From the NCBI RefSeq assembly GCF_001194135.2, contig NC_068984.1, positions 95,426,922 through 95,490,921 of the forward strand: a stretch of DNA of 64,000 nucleotides. Direction: 5' to 3'. Shown here in pieces: positions 1 to 12,270 of the stretch. The stretch's first letter is position 1, and the number at the start of each line of letters is the position of its first letter. The stretch comes from Octopus bimaculoides. Taxonomy: Eukaryota. Below the pieces are notes generated by a model. That model had not been told where the DNA came from. It worked only from the letters and a program-made list of their open reading frames with translations, and searched no databases. Made by a program: the position numbers and the translations under genes.

Positions 1-98
1 GGACCTGTGGTATTTTCCAGAATATTAAACATTTTAAAATAACTACAGAATTATAGAATAGAAAATTGTACAAAATATAAATCAAGAGGGTGGCATAC

Positions 99-269
99 CA
101 CTTTTTCTCTTGCATGGAGAACACCAATCTTTCCAAAGCGTACGTGGAATGGAGAACAGCTGTAGGTATCATCTTCATGCTGAATAATAATGACATCAAT
201 GGAACCTGTTAAAGTGGCAGGGTTGATGTCTTTGTAGAAGCCAAAGATCTTGTTCAGTAATCTACTCAT
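99..269 (-). CDS. LPIN: Lipin / phosphatidate phosphatase, first coding exon (N-LIP domain, 57 aa)
   Basis: Translation [57 protein letters not shown] carries the N-LIP signature (NPATLxGxIDV...[17 protein letters not shown]). Minus-strand acceptor ttctttcattcag precedes exon start 287. An in-frame TAG lies in the 18-nt 5' UTR before the ATG at 269. A phase-0 donor GTG|gtatgc follows 99, the EKV|V intron position also used in vertebrate lipins. Confidence 0.96.
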
Positions 270-559
270 CTTCTATTTGTGTTTGGTCTGAATGAAAGAA
301 AGAAATATATAATTAAAATAATAACATTTTCTTAATTGGATAGAAGGGCTGCAAAAAATATTTAGGACAATGCAAAGTGGGGACAGTGGGATATACATAA
401 ACACATGCAAACAATATAAAAACAATAAAAATCAACAAGAAACTTATTCCAACAACATCTCTAAAGGGGAGAAATGCCATTCAGAGGTGACCAAAGAACC
501 CCACAGTTACCCTATTCACCACAAATACCATGGGAATTGCTTTTCTCTTCCCCATCCTT

Positions 560-900
560 TTTAGCCTACAGGTGCAGGTCCATTCACTCAGGCCATTCTT
601 GCTACATTCACCTACTTTTTTACAAATTTACTGGGCAAGAAACACCTGCTCTACCCTCACTTTCCTTTCCAAGTGGAACTTGAAAAATCAATGAGAGCTT
701 GGCTGAAAAAAAAAATGCCTGTCTATGGTCCATTCAGTTGCATCCACCACACAACAACTTCCACCATAGCCACCAGACAGAGGAAAACTGGCTGTCTATA
801 CCAGCCAAAGAAATGTGTCAGTGCAATCTTCACAATGGAGTTGGGGAAAGCCTAAAGTAGCCTGTTCAAGGCTGTTGTACTATGGTTCCCAATGTCATGT
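560..900 (+). mobile_element. Possible very old LINE reverse-transcriptase relic
   Basis: Fragments ELEKSMRAWLKKKMP and AIFTMELGKA loosely recall the RT motifs EL..AL..LKK.KAPG and AIFLDL.KAFD; heavily frameshifted. Confidence 0.25.
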
Positions 901-2274
901 GGAGAAACTCTCTCTTTTCCATATATCTATTTCAGGACCTGAGACTTTCACTATTGAATATCTCCTTTTTGTGCTATGTAAGGGAGCAGTTCTGTATTTT
1001 TCCATCTTATTAGCATGATGTTAAAAGTGGGTGCAATTTGTTGTTGTGTATTTTTATCTTTCTTCCTCATCACCAGAGGTTTGGTCAGAAGGCTTCAACT
1101 TAGCTGGGGAGGATGGGAGCAAGAGCATGTTTCCTTGTATACGTTTGTGTTTGTGTATGTAGAAGAGGATGGAAAAGGGGCAGGGGAGAAAAGACTAAGC
1201 TAGGTTGCGATAACCCCAGGGTGATGATTATTTTGTTATAGTAATTATTTTTTGCCACTTCAGTTGTTACTGCTGGCAAATTTGATGGAGATATTGTTGG
1301 TATGACAACTGTTGTCTTTGTTATTGTTAATGTTGGTCCAGATGCTGTTATTGTAGCTCCTTTTTGTTTTCCTTGCTGCTACTGTTGTTATTATTTTCTG
1401 TTGTTGTTGCAGTGAGACTCTCCTTTCTCCTTTCATGTTTTGGTTATATGGGCTAAATACTTTGAGATGGTCAATTATTCTACAGACAAGGTATTTTGGT
1501 CGTCTGTCCTTGACCCTTACTCTTAGTTCTGCTCCATTTCAATGCATATTTGTAGAGTGGAATTATACTAGTGTTCGTGAGAATTTTAGGACGATTGAAA
1601 TTTTGAATCTCTAATTTCTTGAACAAGCATTAAAATAATTTAAGCTCAAGACTTTGTTTGGATACACTCAAGTACACACAAACACACATACACCCATATG
1701 TGTTTGTGTATTGTGAAACAGAAAAAAACTACTGTTGTAAGAAGGTTACAAGTTGAAATTTATTGGACATGAGAGCTAGTAGTTTTGTGACTAAAGGTAA
1801 ACTAAATAGACAGATCACAAGAATCATATTTCATACACAAAGTTAGAACAGCTGTATCAGAAACTGATAAACTTAAAATATACATGTAAACAGACACAAA
1901 AACCTCTGCTTTATAGTAAGTAATGTACAACAAGCACCCTCACACATTTTGATACTGCTTACCTTAGGAAAATAAAAGAGTTTTATTTCACTGGAGTTAA
2001 GTTCAAAGTAAATATACTCTGCCTTGTTTATAGGAATTCATAATGAACAAAATGAGGTTTGTTCAGATAGCTTAATCAGCAGTTGTCAACTCTTATGAAA
2101 TAGAGTTATTTTAGGTTTCTTTTATTCAGTTATTTTACCCACCCCTACTACATTTAAAGAAATTCCATTAGAGTTAAAATCTAAAACTAAATTGAAGGAT
2201 TGGTAGTGGGATTTAGTTTTCTTAACAGCTATATAAATATACTTAATGTGATTGTGTGCGCGTGTGTATACAGT

Positions 2275-2330
2275 GAGAGAGAGAGAGAGGGAGAGAGAGA
2301 GAGAGAGAGAGAGAGAAAGAAAGAGAGAGA
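2275..2330. repeat. (GA)n microsatellite
   Basis: Direct observation. Confidence 0.95.
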
Positions 2331-2571
2331 TTATATACATGGCTGGCTCTGAACAGTGGGGGTAAAACTCATGACTTATCAAACGTTAACTGGCTTTGAT
2401 TCCTTTTACTTGTACTCTGAAAGCTCTTTAGGGAAAAAGTCAGGGTACCACAACTCCTAATTTACATCTTTCAAAAGCTTTATTCTTTCACTTTGCTACA
2501 TGACAGTTTTTTTTCCATTAATCCACCTTTTATGACTATATTTCTAACAAAATTCTAAGTTTCAATTAATA

Positions 2572-2983
2572 TTGGTTTCATATATTGGCACAAGGCCAAC
2601 AATTTTGGGGAGTGGGTAAGTCGAATACATCAACATCAGTGCTCAATTAGTACTTATTTTATTGACCCTGAAAATATGAAAGGCAAAGTTGACTCTGGCA
2701 AAATTTGAACTCAGAATACAAAGTCGGAAGAAATGCTGCTAAGCATTTTGTCTGGTACAGTAACAATTCTGCCAGTGTACTGCCTTAAAGTTTCAATTAA
2801 TAGTGATTCCAAATTTTGACACAAGGCCAGCAATTTTGGGTGAGGCAGTAAGTCAATTACATTGACCCCAGTGTTCAACTAGTACTTATTTTGGTGGAAT
2901 TTGAATGCAGAACGTAAAGATGGATGAAATGCCAGTAAGCATTTTGCTTGGAACAGTAATGATTCTGCCAGCTCGCTGTCTCA
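2572..2983 (-). mobile_element. Two head-to-tail tRNA-derived SINE copies (family with the gcctttcatcc...ataagtacc core)
   Basis: Two reverse-oriented copies (2572-2787, 2803-2983) of the SINE also seen at 36995 and 47981; the 15-bp aagtttcaattaata flanks both. Confidence 0.85.
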
Positions 2984-3189
2984 AAGTTTCAATTAATATT
3001 GAAAATAAAGAAAAATTTGGAAGAATTTAGAAAAATAATGTTCTTAGTGAGATATTAAGTCTGTTTGAAACATAACAAAAATCCTTCCTTCACATAAAAT
3101 TGTGAAGGAAGGATTACAGAAGTGGGTTCAATTTATACCAGCTTCTATATGAAATTAGCTAGCAGGAACCTATGTGTACATTATAAATC

Positions 3190-3850
3190 AGGTCTTCCCA
3201 CCAGAGCCTAAGTTACTGACACACAAAATGAAATCTTACATATAATGATAGTTGCAGTGATGCAGCAGACAAAGCTGTCAACACCAAATAGTTTCACAAG
3301 ATCCTGCTAGACAATGGCTATCCAACACCTTTCACCAAACAACTGTACATTAATAATGCTGATGTTAATAAGCATAAAAAAGCCCATATTCTCAAGAGTG
3401 GCATGTACATCTTGAAACTAACTTACTTCAATGACTGAACTACTACTGCAATCTATCAAGTGATCCATAGGGAAGGACTGAACATACAGATGGTGCACTC
3501 CAGCCTATCTTTGAGCAGGTATCTAGAAATCTAATTACAAACAGCATCAAAGGGTGCACACTGTCCAATTGTCCTATCAATAATTTAAACATGTGTTCAA
3601 AGGTCGGTCTATGTAATATATAAAGTAGTCTGTAGCAAATGTGGTGCATCCTACACTGGATGCACCATCAGAAAACAGCACATCCATATGAAAAAAGATG
3701 TATGTACAGACATTTTTGTTTACCAACACCTGACAAAGTGTCAGACCCAGGACTTTATTGCAACTATCAGTCACAAAATGCAAGATAGGCAATCTTAGAA
3801 AGTATAATAGCCAGAATAAGAATAAGTTGAGAAAAGTTCAAGGACCTCTG
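3190..3850 (+). mobile_element. Penelope-like element relic (RT C-terminus and GIY-YIG region)
   Basis: Decayed frames give YKVVCSKCGASYTGCT (GIY-YIG region) and are colinear with the better-preserved Penelope at 52.7-54.7 kb. Confidence 0.7.
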
Positions 3851-5658
3851 CAAGTAATAAAGAACTTTTCCCTCAGAGTGACGGGCAGAGTGTATATTGC
3901 TTATGTAAAAGAATGATGTTGCAAGCTAGTGAGATATCAACTTGAAAAGAGAGGATTTGTGAATAGAAGAAAGAAGTAAAATGAGCATGCATTGCTGGAT
4001 GTGCCATATCAGTGAGCAAGAATGAAAGAGTATAAAAGAACTGATAGAAAAACTGAATATAAGAAGAAACAAGACTGCATTGGATGGGCATGTGAAGATA
4101 TGAAAGAGGACAAATGTATAAAAAAAAAGCTCTATGTACTCAAAGAGAATGGAATATGTAGAAGAGAGAGAGATGTAGAAGAGAGGAAGACTTGGCACAA
4201 ATGGAACATGTAGAAGAGAGAGACATGTAGAAGAGAGAGAGAGAGATGTAGAAGAGAGGAAGACTTGGTACAAAGTAGAGAAGACTGATCTGGAGTTGCT
4301 GCATCTCACAAGGGAATGGACAAAAGGCTATATCAGTAGGTGACACATAGTATGAGAAAAGGCATAGTAAAACAAACATTAGTAGTGATGGTGGCTACAT
4401 CCCTATTTCTCTCATCCCGGCTGCCATAATTCTTATCACTACCTCCTTCCCCCTTTATGAGGCCTAGCTCATATGCAATACGCTCTAACATTAACCTTTC
4501 TTTCTCATTATTGACACCCACCACAGTCTACTGCCATTATTATTTATTACTCTATATCTCTCTCTACCATCAGACTCTTACATCTTTCACTCACCCATCC
4601 TTTTTCTCCTTCAGTCATTCCTTTCACTTCTATTCTTTCTGTCATGTTGCCTTGAGTGAATGAACAAGTCATATAATGGTGAGGATTCTGATGTCATCAT
4701 AAATTGCATGCAAAACACTGCAAAATAGTAGGTAAATGAGCAAAGACGATGTGAAGTTGGTCATAAAATGCAACCAGAACACTCAGTAAAGAAGTGGTTG
4801 GTGATAAGAAGGTCACCTAGCAGTAGAAAACAAGCCAAAACTGAAATGCATGAGTGAGATGGGTTTTTTGACTCATCTAGAAGTGCAGTAACTCTGAATA
4901 AAAATTGACTAGAACTTTAATGACCTATCCAACTCATGCCAGAAAAAGTATGTGATATATGTATATATATATATATATATATATNNNNNNNNNNNNNNNN
5001 NNNNNNNNNNNNNNNNNNNNNNNNNNNNNNNNNNNNNNNNNNNNNNNNNNNNNNNNNNNNNNNNNNNNNNNNNNNNNNNNNNNNNNNNNNNNNNNNNNNN
5101 NNNNNNNNNNNNNNNNNNNNNNNNNNNNNNNNNNNNNNNNNNNNNNNNNNNNNNNNNNNNNNNNNNNNNNNNNNNNNNNNNNNNNNNNNNNNNNNNNNNN
5201 NNNNNNNNNNNNNNNNNNNNNNNNNNNNNNNNNNNNNNNNNNNNNNNNNNNNNNNNNNNNNNNNNNNNNNNNNNNNNNNNNNNNNNNNNNNNNNNNNNNN
5301 NNNNNNNNNNNNNNNNNNNNNNNNNNNNNNNNNNNNNNNNNNNNNTAGTTATTGCCAAGCTAAGATGGTAGTCCAGAAAAATAAGATGAATGCTGCCGTT
5401 AATTAGCTCCAAGAGGCCATCGCTTTTAGCTAGCTATGTGACACACAAACCTGTGTCCATTACAACCTTCGAACAGGTCATCAGCTTCCCCATGCTGGTT
5501 CAGACATCCACAGACAAGTTTCAGCGTATTTGCCCTTTATCAATGTGGAGTAGTTGAACCCAGCAGGCGTCGCTGTTGACTGTCTGTTCGAAGGTTTATA
5601 TATATTCAGTGGAACACATCCACTGGTTTTCAAAAATAGAAATATAGTTTGTAAGTGC

Positions 5659-5700
<42 letters not shown>

Positions 5701-5710
5701 NNNNNNNNNN

Positions 5711-5744
<34 letters not shown>

Positions 5745-5880
5745 AACATACATACGTACATACATACGTATAAGTACAGGTGAGGATATATAAACCTCAG
5801 AGGGATAGAAATATCCAAGATTAGACTGGTTGAATACCTTATAATATAGGCACACGCACACACATGCATATAATTATTAT

Positions 5881-6311
5881 AAAAACCAAGAGAGAAGATG
5901 AAGATAAGATTGATATAAATTTATTAATACATTGACAAAACTGACAGTTGTTTCAATTCCTTGCTTATAGCATAAAATCGATCAAATTTAATTTGATTAA
6001 ATCAATTTGGTTAATTATTATAAGCCAGAATATCATCAGGGAAGAATGTACAAAGAAATTTATATATAACATATTCAAAACATAATGAAAACATTAAAAA
6101 AGCAAACAGGATAAATACACTGTACCATTAAAATCAATACATAATATAAAAATATATACAGTTATAAAAGTAGTTATTGTCATAAATTAATATAAATAAT
6201 GTTAATGCAGACATACCCAAGCAAAAATATAATAAACGGTGATATATAAAAAAAACAATAGACAGGTTATTAAATTATGGGAGTAGAGAAGTGAAATTAT
6301 TAGATATTTCT
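5881..6311 (-). repeat. ~430-bp AT-rich repeat, left arm of an inverted pair
   Basis: Reverse complement aligns along its whole length with 7277-7697. Confidence 0.9.
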
Positions 6312-6945
6312 GCAAGATTGCAGAGATCCTTGAACGGAGACATGTTGATGCAAGTTGTGTGCAAGAGGTAAGGTGGAGAAGAGCTTCAGCCAGAGTCCTC
6401 ACAGGCAAAGCACATAGGTATAAACTCTTCTGGGAAGGTAACAGTAATGGAAAAGAAGGTGTGGGCATACTTCTTGCAGAGAAATGGGTGGATAAGTTCA
6501 TAGAGGTAGTGAGGGTGCACAATAGAGTACTTAAACTCAGGCTAGTCTTGCAGAATGGTATAGCTACAATTATCTCTACCTATTCCCCACAAGCAGGCCT
6601 ACCAAATAAACATAAGGATCACTTTTATGATATTCTGCTGCAGGCTACCTCAGAAACGAGTGACAATGATCACGTTTTTGTGGCTGGAGATTTTAATGGG
6701 CATATTGGACAGCAACCTGGTATCTTCCACCGTGTACATGAAAGCCTTGGAGTTGGTACCAGAAACGAAGAGGGAACTAAGATCCTGGAGTTCTGTGATG
6801 CAAATAACCTACTGATCTGCAACACCAATCTCAGGAAGCCAGCCAGCCACCTAATAACCTACCAATCAAGTGACTCTGCTAGCCAGATTTATTTCATTCT
6901 CACCACACAGTGGGATACATGGTTGCTCTCAGAGTGATTGGCATT
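6312..6945 (+). mobile_element. RTE-clade LINE endonuclease fragment
   Basis: ORF 6359-6937: MQEVRW...GVGILLAEKW...ISTYSPQ...VAGDFNGHIG...RNEEGTKILEFCDANNLLICNT, an APE endonuclease of RTE type. Confidence 0.9.
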
Positions 6946-7085
6946 ACGAAGGGTATCCAGTTGTAGAAACATTGCCAAATCAGATTGGAGCCAAGTGCAG
7001 CCACTGGCTTTCCAGACCTCAGTCAAACCGTCCAACCTATGCCAGCATGGAAAACAGACGTTAAACGATGATGATGATGATGAAA
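6945..7085 (+). mobile_element. RTE 3' tail / RTE-related SINE tail ending in (GAT)n
   Basis: gaagggtatccagttgtagaaac...ccaacctatgccagcatggaaaacagacgttaaacgatgatgat; the same tail recurs at ~8095, 11755, 13083, 23050, 36100 and 44340. Confidence 0.85.
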
Positions 7086-7164
7086 CATATATACATATAG
7101 ATATGTACACACTCACATACATACACACATACATACATACATACATATATATATATATATACAA

Positions 7165-7195
<31 letters not shown>

Positions 7196-7276
7196 CACAA
7201 ATGTCTATACATATATATTATGTGTGTGTATGTGAGTGTGTGTACATGTGTATGTGTATATATATGTTTATATATG

Positions 7277-7697
7277 AAATATCTAATTATTTCACTTCTC
7301 TACTCCCATAATTTAATAACCTGTCTTTTGTTTTTTTTTATATAGCACCATGTATCATATTTTTGCATGGGTCTGTCTGCATTAACATTATTTATATTAA
7401 TTTATGACAATAACTATTTTTATAACTGTATATATATTTTTATATTATGTATTGATTTTAATGGTACACTGTATTTTTCCTGTTTGCTTTTTTAATGTTT
7501 TCAATATGCTATATATAGATTTCTTTGTACATTCTTCCCTGATGATATTCTATCTTATAATAATTAATCAAATTGATTTAATTAAATTAAATTTGATTGA
7601 TTTTAGTCTATAAGCAAAGAACTGAAACAATTGTAAGTCTTATCTATGTACTAATAAATTTTTATTAATCTTATCTCCATCTTCTCTCTTGGTTTAT
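7277..7697 (+). repeat. ~420-bp AT-rich repeat, right arm of the inverted pair
   Basis: Inverted copy of 5881-6311; ends at a (TA)n tract. Confidence 0.9.
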
Positions 7698-8524
7698 ATA
7701 TATATATATGTATATAATTGCCAACCAAGTGCAGCGCCCTATACGGGACAGTGCTACTGGCGTTTATAGCTTCAGGAAGACATCTCTTCAAGCTGGCTAA
7801 TGACACACGTTCTAAGTCTGATTAGTCACAAAATACTATATGCTTTTTCCAGCATCAAACCGTCACTGATCTTGAAAAAGGAGAAATAAGCTATATTAAA
7901 TCTCTGAGTGAGACGTAAACAGTAGCAATATGGAATTGTAACATATAATAGCCAACCAAGTGTGGCATCCTATACGGGACAGTGCTTCTGGTGTTTATAG
8001 CCCCAGGAAGACATCTCTTCCAGCTGGCTAATGACACACATTCTGTGTCCAATTAGTATTTGTGAGGGGAGGTCATCACTCCCATCCCTAGCCTTACATG
8101 ATACACACAGACTTGAGTTTCTGGCTGGTTACCCTTCCTCAGATTGGAGCCTGGTGCAGCCGCTGGCTTTCCAGACCTCAGTGAAACCGTCCAACCCATG
8201 CCAGCATGGAAAACAGATAAAGGGAAATTACTATGTAATTGACCGTTATTAAGATAAAAGAGCTAACAGAATGAACGTTAAATAAGGGGAAAAAACGAAG
8301 GGGAGGGAGTAAAAATGCTCATAGCAATCGTGTATGCGCGCATGTACATACATACACATACGCGCATGCACACCCACATACATGTGCCTATATGCATATG
8401 TCTGTTCAATTCCAGGCAGTGACCTGAATAATAATAACAACAAGAACAACAATAAGAACAACAAGAGCAACAACGAGAACAACAACAGCAACAAGAAAAA
8501 CAACAACAACAACAACAACATCGA

Positions 8525-8692
8525 AAAATACCTTAGGAACGAGAATCCAGGTTCAAAATTTCCCCAAGTCACCGGATAAAGGCTGGAGAGTATATCAGCC
8601 GAAACATTGTGTTAACAACAAACAAGATGAAGACAAATATCTGTCAATTGTAAATAATGTACATAATTCCTCATCTCTTACATATAGAACTG
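8525..8692 (+). mobile_element. Short repeat unit containing a decayed hammerhead-like motif
   Basis: Follows an (AAC)n tract; contains gtcac-cggataa-a-ggctg-gagagtatat-cagcc-gaaac-att-gtgtt. Confidence 0.5.
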
Positions 8693-9985
8693 TATTATTT
8701 ATGTTTTGATATTTCTGAAATGAAACACTATTAAACAATTATTGTTATTTGAACTTTTAGACTCATTCTATTGTGATTGTTTACAGAGTGGAAGGTGACT
8801 AATGATGAATGACATTAGCAATGCAAGGTAATAGAGTTCAGGTGTAGTATGCTCTCTTTCTTCAAAAATGATTAGAATCAACCAATATCAACTGAAACTC
8901 TTACAGATTTTTTTCTCAAAAACCACTAACAGAATATTTGGATTGGGATTTAAATATCTGAGTGAAATACTCAGTTTCTATATTTATCATTCAATTGAAC
9001 ATATGTAATTATAATTTAGTTTTAAACAATAGTTATTATTTCCAACATACTGTTTTAATTCAGTCTTGACAATAAATATTCTATATATAGCACAACTACT
9101 ACGGAGGAAGGGAGAGAGGGGGAAAATCTGTGTGTGTATATGTACAAGTGCTGATACTATTAATAAAACATCTGTTAATGATGAACATATCAACACACTA
9201 TAATGACATCATTATTCAATGTGAGGACAGCAACTAAGTTCTTACCTAATACTTGCTGCTATTTATTTCTCACACAAACATAATTAGGTATTAAGATAAT
9301 GATGTTTACAGAAGTAAATAGGTAAACTGTGGTGTGATAATCACAGTCAATCTGTTTAGTTTATTAAACTGGCTTAAAATATTTGTTCTGCATATATAAA
9401 CAAAGCTGATCATTACACAATTCTGAGCTATGTATTTATTTCACAGTGACAATGCAGTTTTATAGTAACAGTACTATGATATCCTAGGCCATGTATTACA
9501 TAATGTCATTCTGGGAAGCTGTGTGTAGAAGCCAACATTGGCAAGTTTAGAATTCAATCTTTAGTTTTGTTCAAGACCCACAAGCTAAAAAGAAAGTGTA
9601 TCTAACAGTGTCTGAGTAGAGGCAAGACATGTGGAATTACAGATTAGCAGCTGTTCCAAAATGACCCTAAATTGATCCAAATTGCCAACTGCAACAATCT
9701 CATCTATATCTAGAAAGATTGGTTTTACAGAAGAAAGTTACTGAGTTTTTTTCAGAAACATTTTCAAATAGCTGTATATCTTATACAAAATCTAAAGTTA
9801 GAGCTCTTTGGCATTTGAGTTTGTAATTTTCTGAGTAAAGTCATGATATCAGAGGTGTTGTAAGTTTTAATATGATTTGTATTTGTTTTATCTACAATAA
9901 ACCTACAATAAGCTGGAAAGCTCCAATTTAGATTATTTATTAGATTCTATTGAAATAAAATTTTTTTATCTAGCTAATTAATTAT

Positions 9986-10181
9986 TCTTTTACTTGTTTG
10001 ACTGCAGCCATGCTGGGTACCACCTTTAGTTGAGCGAATCAACTCCAGGACTTATTCTTTGTAAGCCTGGTGCTTATTTATTGGTCCCTTTTGCCGAACC
10101 GCTAAGTTACAGGGACGTAAACACACCAACATCGGTTATCAAGTGATGTTAGAGGGACAAACATATACACACATACATGTA

Positions 10182-10212
<31 letters not shown>

Positions 10213-10373
10213 GACAGGCTTCTTTTAATTTGTCTACCAAATCCACTCACAAGGCTTTGGTCGGCCCGAGGCTAGAGTAGAAGACACTTGCCTAAGATGC
10301 CACACAGTGGGACTGAACCCGGAACCATGTAGTTGGTAAGCAAGCTACTTACCACACAGCCACTCCTGTGCCT
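9986..10373 (-). mobile_element. tRNA-derived CORE-like SINE with its companion tail
   Basis: Reverse copy of the 12271-12704 element, with A box, B box (ggttccgggttcagtcccac) and core. Confidence 0.85.
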
Positions 10374-11754
10374 ACTTATCATAACTTACCTTATTTTAAT
10401 TGCATACATTCAACTTGATACATAAAGAGAATCGGCAATACTTGTGTCACTATACATACACATTTGATCATCTGGTTGTTGATTCTGAGGGAGGTGTTCA
10501 GAGCTTCTAAATAAAACTTATTGCCATCAGATGCACATTCTCAATGGCTTCATTCAGATCATGTGGCAGAATTGTTGTTTGTGATCATTTTTTCTGCAGT
10601 AGTCAGCAACCACCAAGATATCGCCCATCACATAATCCAAATCAGATAAGGTGAATGAGCCTTATGTACTATCCAGTGTTTTGTTTAGAAGTTATGAATA
10701 CCTCATCACTCAGAATCAAGTGTTTGAATGATGAGAAATGTTTTTACATTTGTGCAACTTCAAGTAATGTAATTCTGAGAAAATTAACGCACCCACCAAC
10801 ACTAGTGCTTGTCAATAATAAAACCTGCAGTTTAACAAAACTTGCATATACCAATACACAGGTATAAGCTATACAGTTTAAGTGCAGTTGAATAAGAACT
10901 TGGGGATAATGTATTGAGGGATACAGAGTCAGAATTTTAAAAGTGGCATGTAGTTACACACTATTATTACAGTTCAGAGACCACTTCCAAACACAAACAA
11001 ACACATACAACAGCATAGAGTGTAACTGCAACATCCTAAAAACACATTTTTTTCTTATTAGACCAGACAAGCATAAACTACATACAGACACTGAAATAGC
11101 TACAACACCATCTCACCCTTGTATTATGTCCAGATGATCATGCTGCATTTCAGCACTGCATGTTAGTGGGTGTAACATGGTCTTCATCTAAACAGATACA
11201 TGGAATAACTGGGAAGCTGGATCTGTGGGTCACATCTTATTGTTTGGTTGATTCCATGTGTGCCTCAGAAGAGCCTACCAAAGATTACACTACTACTAGT
11301 CTCAGACTATTCTTATTGAAAAGCAAGAATGTTTCCAAATTATTAAACAAATGCAAATAAGTTAATTAATAACATATTTAACTAGTCAGTGATATGCAAA
11401 AAACTGAATTAGTAAAATTATAAATTTAATATTGCTAAAATTATTTTTTCACTTGTTATTCTTAACATTAACAATTTTATCTACATAGAAACTTATAGAG
11501 GACAAACAGTAGCTTTCTAATTTAGGAACAAGCCTTTCCTTGTAAAAAAAAAAGGTCAGCAATTTAATTGCTTCATACAACCATTTAAGATAGATATGTT
11601 TGAACTATAAGTTATTGGTTTATACTACATATCTTGTTTGTAGCTTAAGTAACAAATTTAGAAATTGGAATAAACATCATCAATTCTTTGGCTTTACTCG
11701 CAATTAAAATTGAAAGTTGCAATTTAATCTCATGAAAAGTATATGTAATTATCA

Positions 11755-12260
11755 TCATCATCATCACTATTTAATGTCTGTTTTCCATGCTGGCATGGGT
11801 TGGACGTTTTGACAGAGGACTGGCAAGCCAATAGGCTGTACCAGGTTCCAATCTGATCAAGCAAGGTTTCTACAGCTGGATGCTCTCCCTAACACCAACC
11901 ACTCTGAGAGTGTAGCGGGTGCTTTTTATGTGCCACTGGCACAGGATCCAGTCAGGCAGCAATGGCATCGACTATGTTCAGATGATGCTTTTTATGTGCC
12001 ACTGGCATGGGAGTCAGTCAGGGAGCACTGGCATCAACAACATTCAGGTGTTTTTTACATGCCACTGACACAAGAGCCAGTCATGTGGAACTGGCATCAA
12101 GCCATGCTTGAATGGTGCTTATTACGTGCCACCAGCATGGTTGCCAGTCAGGCGGCACTGGCATCAGACATGATTTCGATTTCACTTGACTCAACAGTGT
12201 GTCGTCTGGCAATTTAAGGGTACTTTTAAATGGGCTGGTTATGCAACACAAGTATCGGCC
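11755..12260 (-). mobile_element. RTE-related SINE / LINE 3' UTR with internal palindromic minisatellite
   Basis: (CAT)n tail on the plus strand; repeated gtgccactggcac-type units at 11925-12170. Confidence 0.8.
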
Positions 12261-12270
12261 ACAACTGCAT

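Noticed and set aside
3870-4020. Possible hammerhead after the first Penelope relic (ctagtga...gaaaa)
   Set aside because: Core scrambled and no helix II or helix I pairing.
4909-5412. Long ORFs spanning N runs (also 23138-23505, 34438-35340, 36299-36871, 38696-39575, 57358-58164, 58456-59792)
   Set aside because: Artefacts of translating assembly gaps as X; only the flanking TE-derived residues are real.
5464-5596. 13-bp inverted repeat aaccttcgaacag with a CUGAUGA on the minus strand
   Set aside because: No GAAA in the correct position and no helix pairing for any hammerhead topology.
8249-8579. Poly-L / poly-N ORFs and similar (YI)n, (HT)n, poly-I, poly-T ORFs across the window
   Set aside because: Translations of microsatellites with no domain content or splice support.
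10389-10510. Possible minus-strand exon ending at AAG|GTAAGT near 10389
   Set aside because: All frames hit stops or lack homology, and the acceptor is poor; cannot be distinguished from chance.
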